NCBI GenBank assembly: GCA_949299015.1
Contig: CASFYT010000018.1
Location: forward strand, 216 to 64,215
DNA length: 64,000 nucleotides
Origin: an uncultured Bacillota bacterium
GTDB taxonomy: Bacteria > Bacillota_I > Bacilli_A > RFN20 > CAG-288
Direction: 5' to 3'
Shown: one piece after another, positions 62,556 through 64,000 of the stretch
Layout of the letters: every line of letters begins with the position of its first letter
How positions within the stretch are numbered: position 1 is the stretch's first letter
The notes under the pieces: generated by a model
The model's input: only the letters and a program-made list of their open reading frames with translations
Databases searched by the model: none
Told to the model about the DNA's origin: nothing
Translations under genes and position numbers: made by a program

Positions 62556-63749
62556 ATGGAAAAGCAAAAGCAGTATCGAATTGGAACCAGCGAGCAACAG
62601 GCCTATCTCGACGACTACAACTTCGCTCCGAGAGGCTACGGCTTTCTGGAACCGGGCGTCGTGTCGACCGATTCCAACGAATTCGTCGCTTTCAACGTCG
62701 CCAAGTCCTTCTACCAGGTCTATCCCGAAGTCTTCAACCTCGCCTATGTCGAGAAGGTGACGGGAATCAAGCAGGCCGACGTGAAGAAGAGGCTCCTGAA
62801 GATGTACCGGGAGCACGAGATGATGCTCGTCTTCAATCCGGCCGTCTCGATCATGGGCTTCGGCCTCTACTATTGGATCGTCAAGCTGAAGAAGGGCGCG
62901 ACGAAGGAACAGCGGGAGAGCCTGACGAAGTGGTTCCAGGACAACGACCAGATCTGCACGGGCTACATGATGGAGGAAGGCGGGGACTTCGACTACTTCA
63001 ACGGCAACCACATGCGGAATCTCGACAACCTGATCGCCGGCGTCCTCGACAAGTTCAAGAACCAGGACTTCATCGAGTACGTCCATCTCTGTCCGATCCG
63101 TCGCTGCGTCCGCGAGAGCCACGTCAACCAGTTCGACAGCAAGAAGGACTACCGCCGCTATCTTTGGGACGAGGAGCAGATGAGGAACGTCCTGAAGTTC
63201 CAGAAGAAGATGGACAAGGACGACTTCGCCATCATCGACGCCCTGAACAACACCAAGAGCATTGGAGACATGTTCGACTTCGACGTCCTGGCCAAGCTTT
63301 CGGGCCTGGACGCGAAGGAGATGAAGGACAATCTCTGCCGACTGGTCGACAAGGACCATTCAACGATTCCGATGATCTATTTCAACTACATGGCCCTGGG
63401 ACTCAAGCTTCACTTCTTTGCGGTGACCCTCTTCCAGAACACGCCGACCTTCCGCTCGGAGCAGATCCTGGACGAGCTGTGCGAGGAGGAAGCCTTCTCC
63501 AATATCTTCGACATCGGCGACGCCCATCACAACTACGTCCTGACGGCCTATGAAGACATCACGGACCTCGACCGGCTCCGGAAGAAGATCCTGGGATACG
63601 GGGAGGTGACGGAGGTCCTCGAGGCGACCTCTCCGCGTCAGTTCCGACGCTGGACCTGCCGTCTGGACGCCCAGAACGGCTATTGGGAAGAATGCGTCTT
63701 CACGGACGACGTCCTGCTCGACAGGACGACGGAGAAGGAGGGAAAGTAA
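62556..63749 (+). CDS. Tandem Lrp/AsnC-fold-like protein (two wHTH plus ligand-domain repeats), function unknown
   Basis: The 397-aa product has two internal halves. Each has an HTH-like segment followed by a beta-alpha-beta-beta-alpha-beta-like segment. This is a pattern-level call only. Confidence 0.45.
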   Translation: MEKQKQYRIGTSEQQAYLDDYNFAPRGYGFLEPGVVSTDSNEFVAFNVAKSFYQVYPEVFNLAYVEKVTGIKQADVKKRLLKMYREHEMMLVFNPAVSIMGFGLYYWIVKLKKGATKEQRESLTKWFQDNDQICTGYMMEEGGDFDYFNGNHMRNLDNLIAGVLDKFKNQDFIEYVHLCPIRRCVRESHVNQFDSKKDYRRYLWDEEQMRNVLKFQKKMDKDDFAIIDALNNTKSIGDMFDFDVLAKLSGLDAKEMKDNLCRLVDKDHSTIPMIYFNYMALGLKLHFFAVTLFQNTPTFRSEQILDELCEEEAFSNIFDIGDAHHNYVLTAYEDITDLDRLRKKILGYGEVTEVLEATSPRQFRRWTCRLDAQNGYWEECVFTDDVLLDRTTEKEGK

Positions 63750-63750
63750 G

Positions 63751-64000
63751 ATGAAGGTACAAAAGGCCCGTTCCTACGTCGTCAACAACCTCCGCTATGC
63801 GCTCAACCCCTCTTCCATCGCCGTCGTCGGCGCCTCCCGCTATCCGACCAAGGTCGGGAACAAGGTCATCTACGAGCTGGTCAAGTGGGGCTATCGTGGA
63901 AAGATCTATCCCGTCAACCCGCGGGCTGACGAAATCCTCGGCTTCAAGTCGTATCGGACGCTGCGGGAGATCAAGGATCCCGTCGACCTCGTCTTCGTGG
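63751..64000 (+). CDS. CoA-binding domain protein, likely ADP-forming acyl-CoA synthetase family (5' partial)
   Basis: The N-terminus reads NPSSIAVVGASRYPTKVGNKV...GKIYPVNP. The gene is truncated by the window edge. Confidence 0.7.
   Translation, partial: MKVQKARSYVVNNLRYALNPSSIAVVGASRYPTKVGNKVIYELVKWGYRGKIYPVNPRADEILGFKSYRTLREIKDPVDLVFV

Noticed and set aside
1-64000. Possibility that the genome uses genetic code 4 (TGA = Trp). I considered this because of Mollicutes-like traits such as many lipoproteins and an expanded MalK-type ATPase.
   Set aside because: Long genes such as cas9, addA and GH36 are intact under the standard code. TGA also ends many well-delimited genes, including ATGA start/stop overlaps (cas2/csn2, addB/addA, polymerase/yolD).

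Overview
This 64-kb window comes from a GC-rich genome with strong G/C third-position bias. It uses the standard genetic code and encodes many lipoproteins. The lineage looks Bacillota- or Mollicutes-like, but that is a low-confidence guess.

Layout from left to right:
1. 16-7670: a complete type II-A CRISPR-Cas locus on the minus strand (cas9-cas1-cas2-csn2, then an 18-repeat array), with a divergent tracrRNA that I could trace by eye.
2. 7.7-25.7 kb: a glycan-utilisation locus. It holds surface lipoproteins, a SASA-type esterase, three GH43 genes, one GH36 gene, a sugar ABC transporter and a LacI regulator.
3. 25.9-36.5 kb: housekeeping and repair genes (gmk, Y-family polymerase plus YolD-like, rpsF-ssb-rpsR, TrmH, SRAP, two mgtE, HAD).
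4. About 36.6-48.9 kb: a visibly AT-richer accessory island with no integrase.
5. 49-64 kb: glyA, addB/addA, a heterodimeric ABC exporter, rubrerythrin, a tandem AsnC-like protein and a partial CoA-binding gene.

The island contains:
- gene fragments and a roughly 270-bp IS256-derived remnant with both inverted repeats;
- two diverged copies of an uncharacterised cassette (DUF4417-like gene, then a small basic protein, then an acidic protein of about 210 aa), one intact and one with the first gene collapsed to 31 codons;
- an ABC-three-component (ABC-3C)-like operon broken by at least three frameshifts;
- an AAA+/PD-(D/E)xK (DUF4143-type) ATPase;
- two tandem DUF4258-like toxin / acidic partner pairs.

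The best candidate for an undescribed system is the duplicated DUF4417-like three-gene cassette. All function calls rest on motif recognition by eye. No searches or computations were run.
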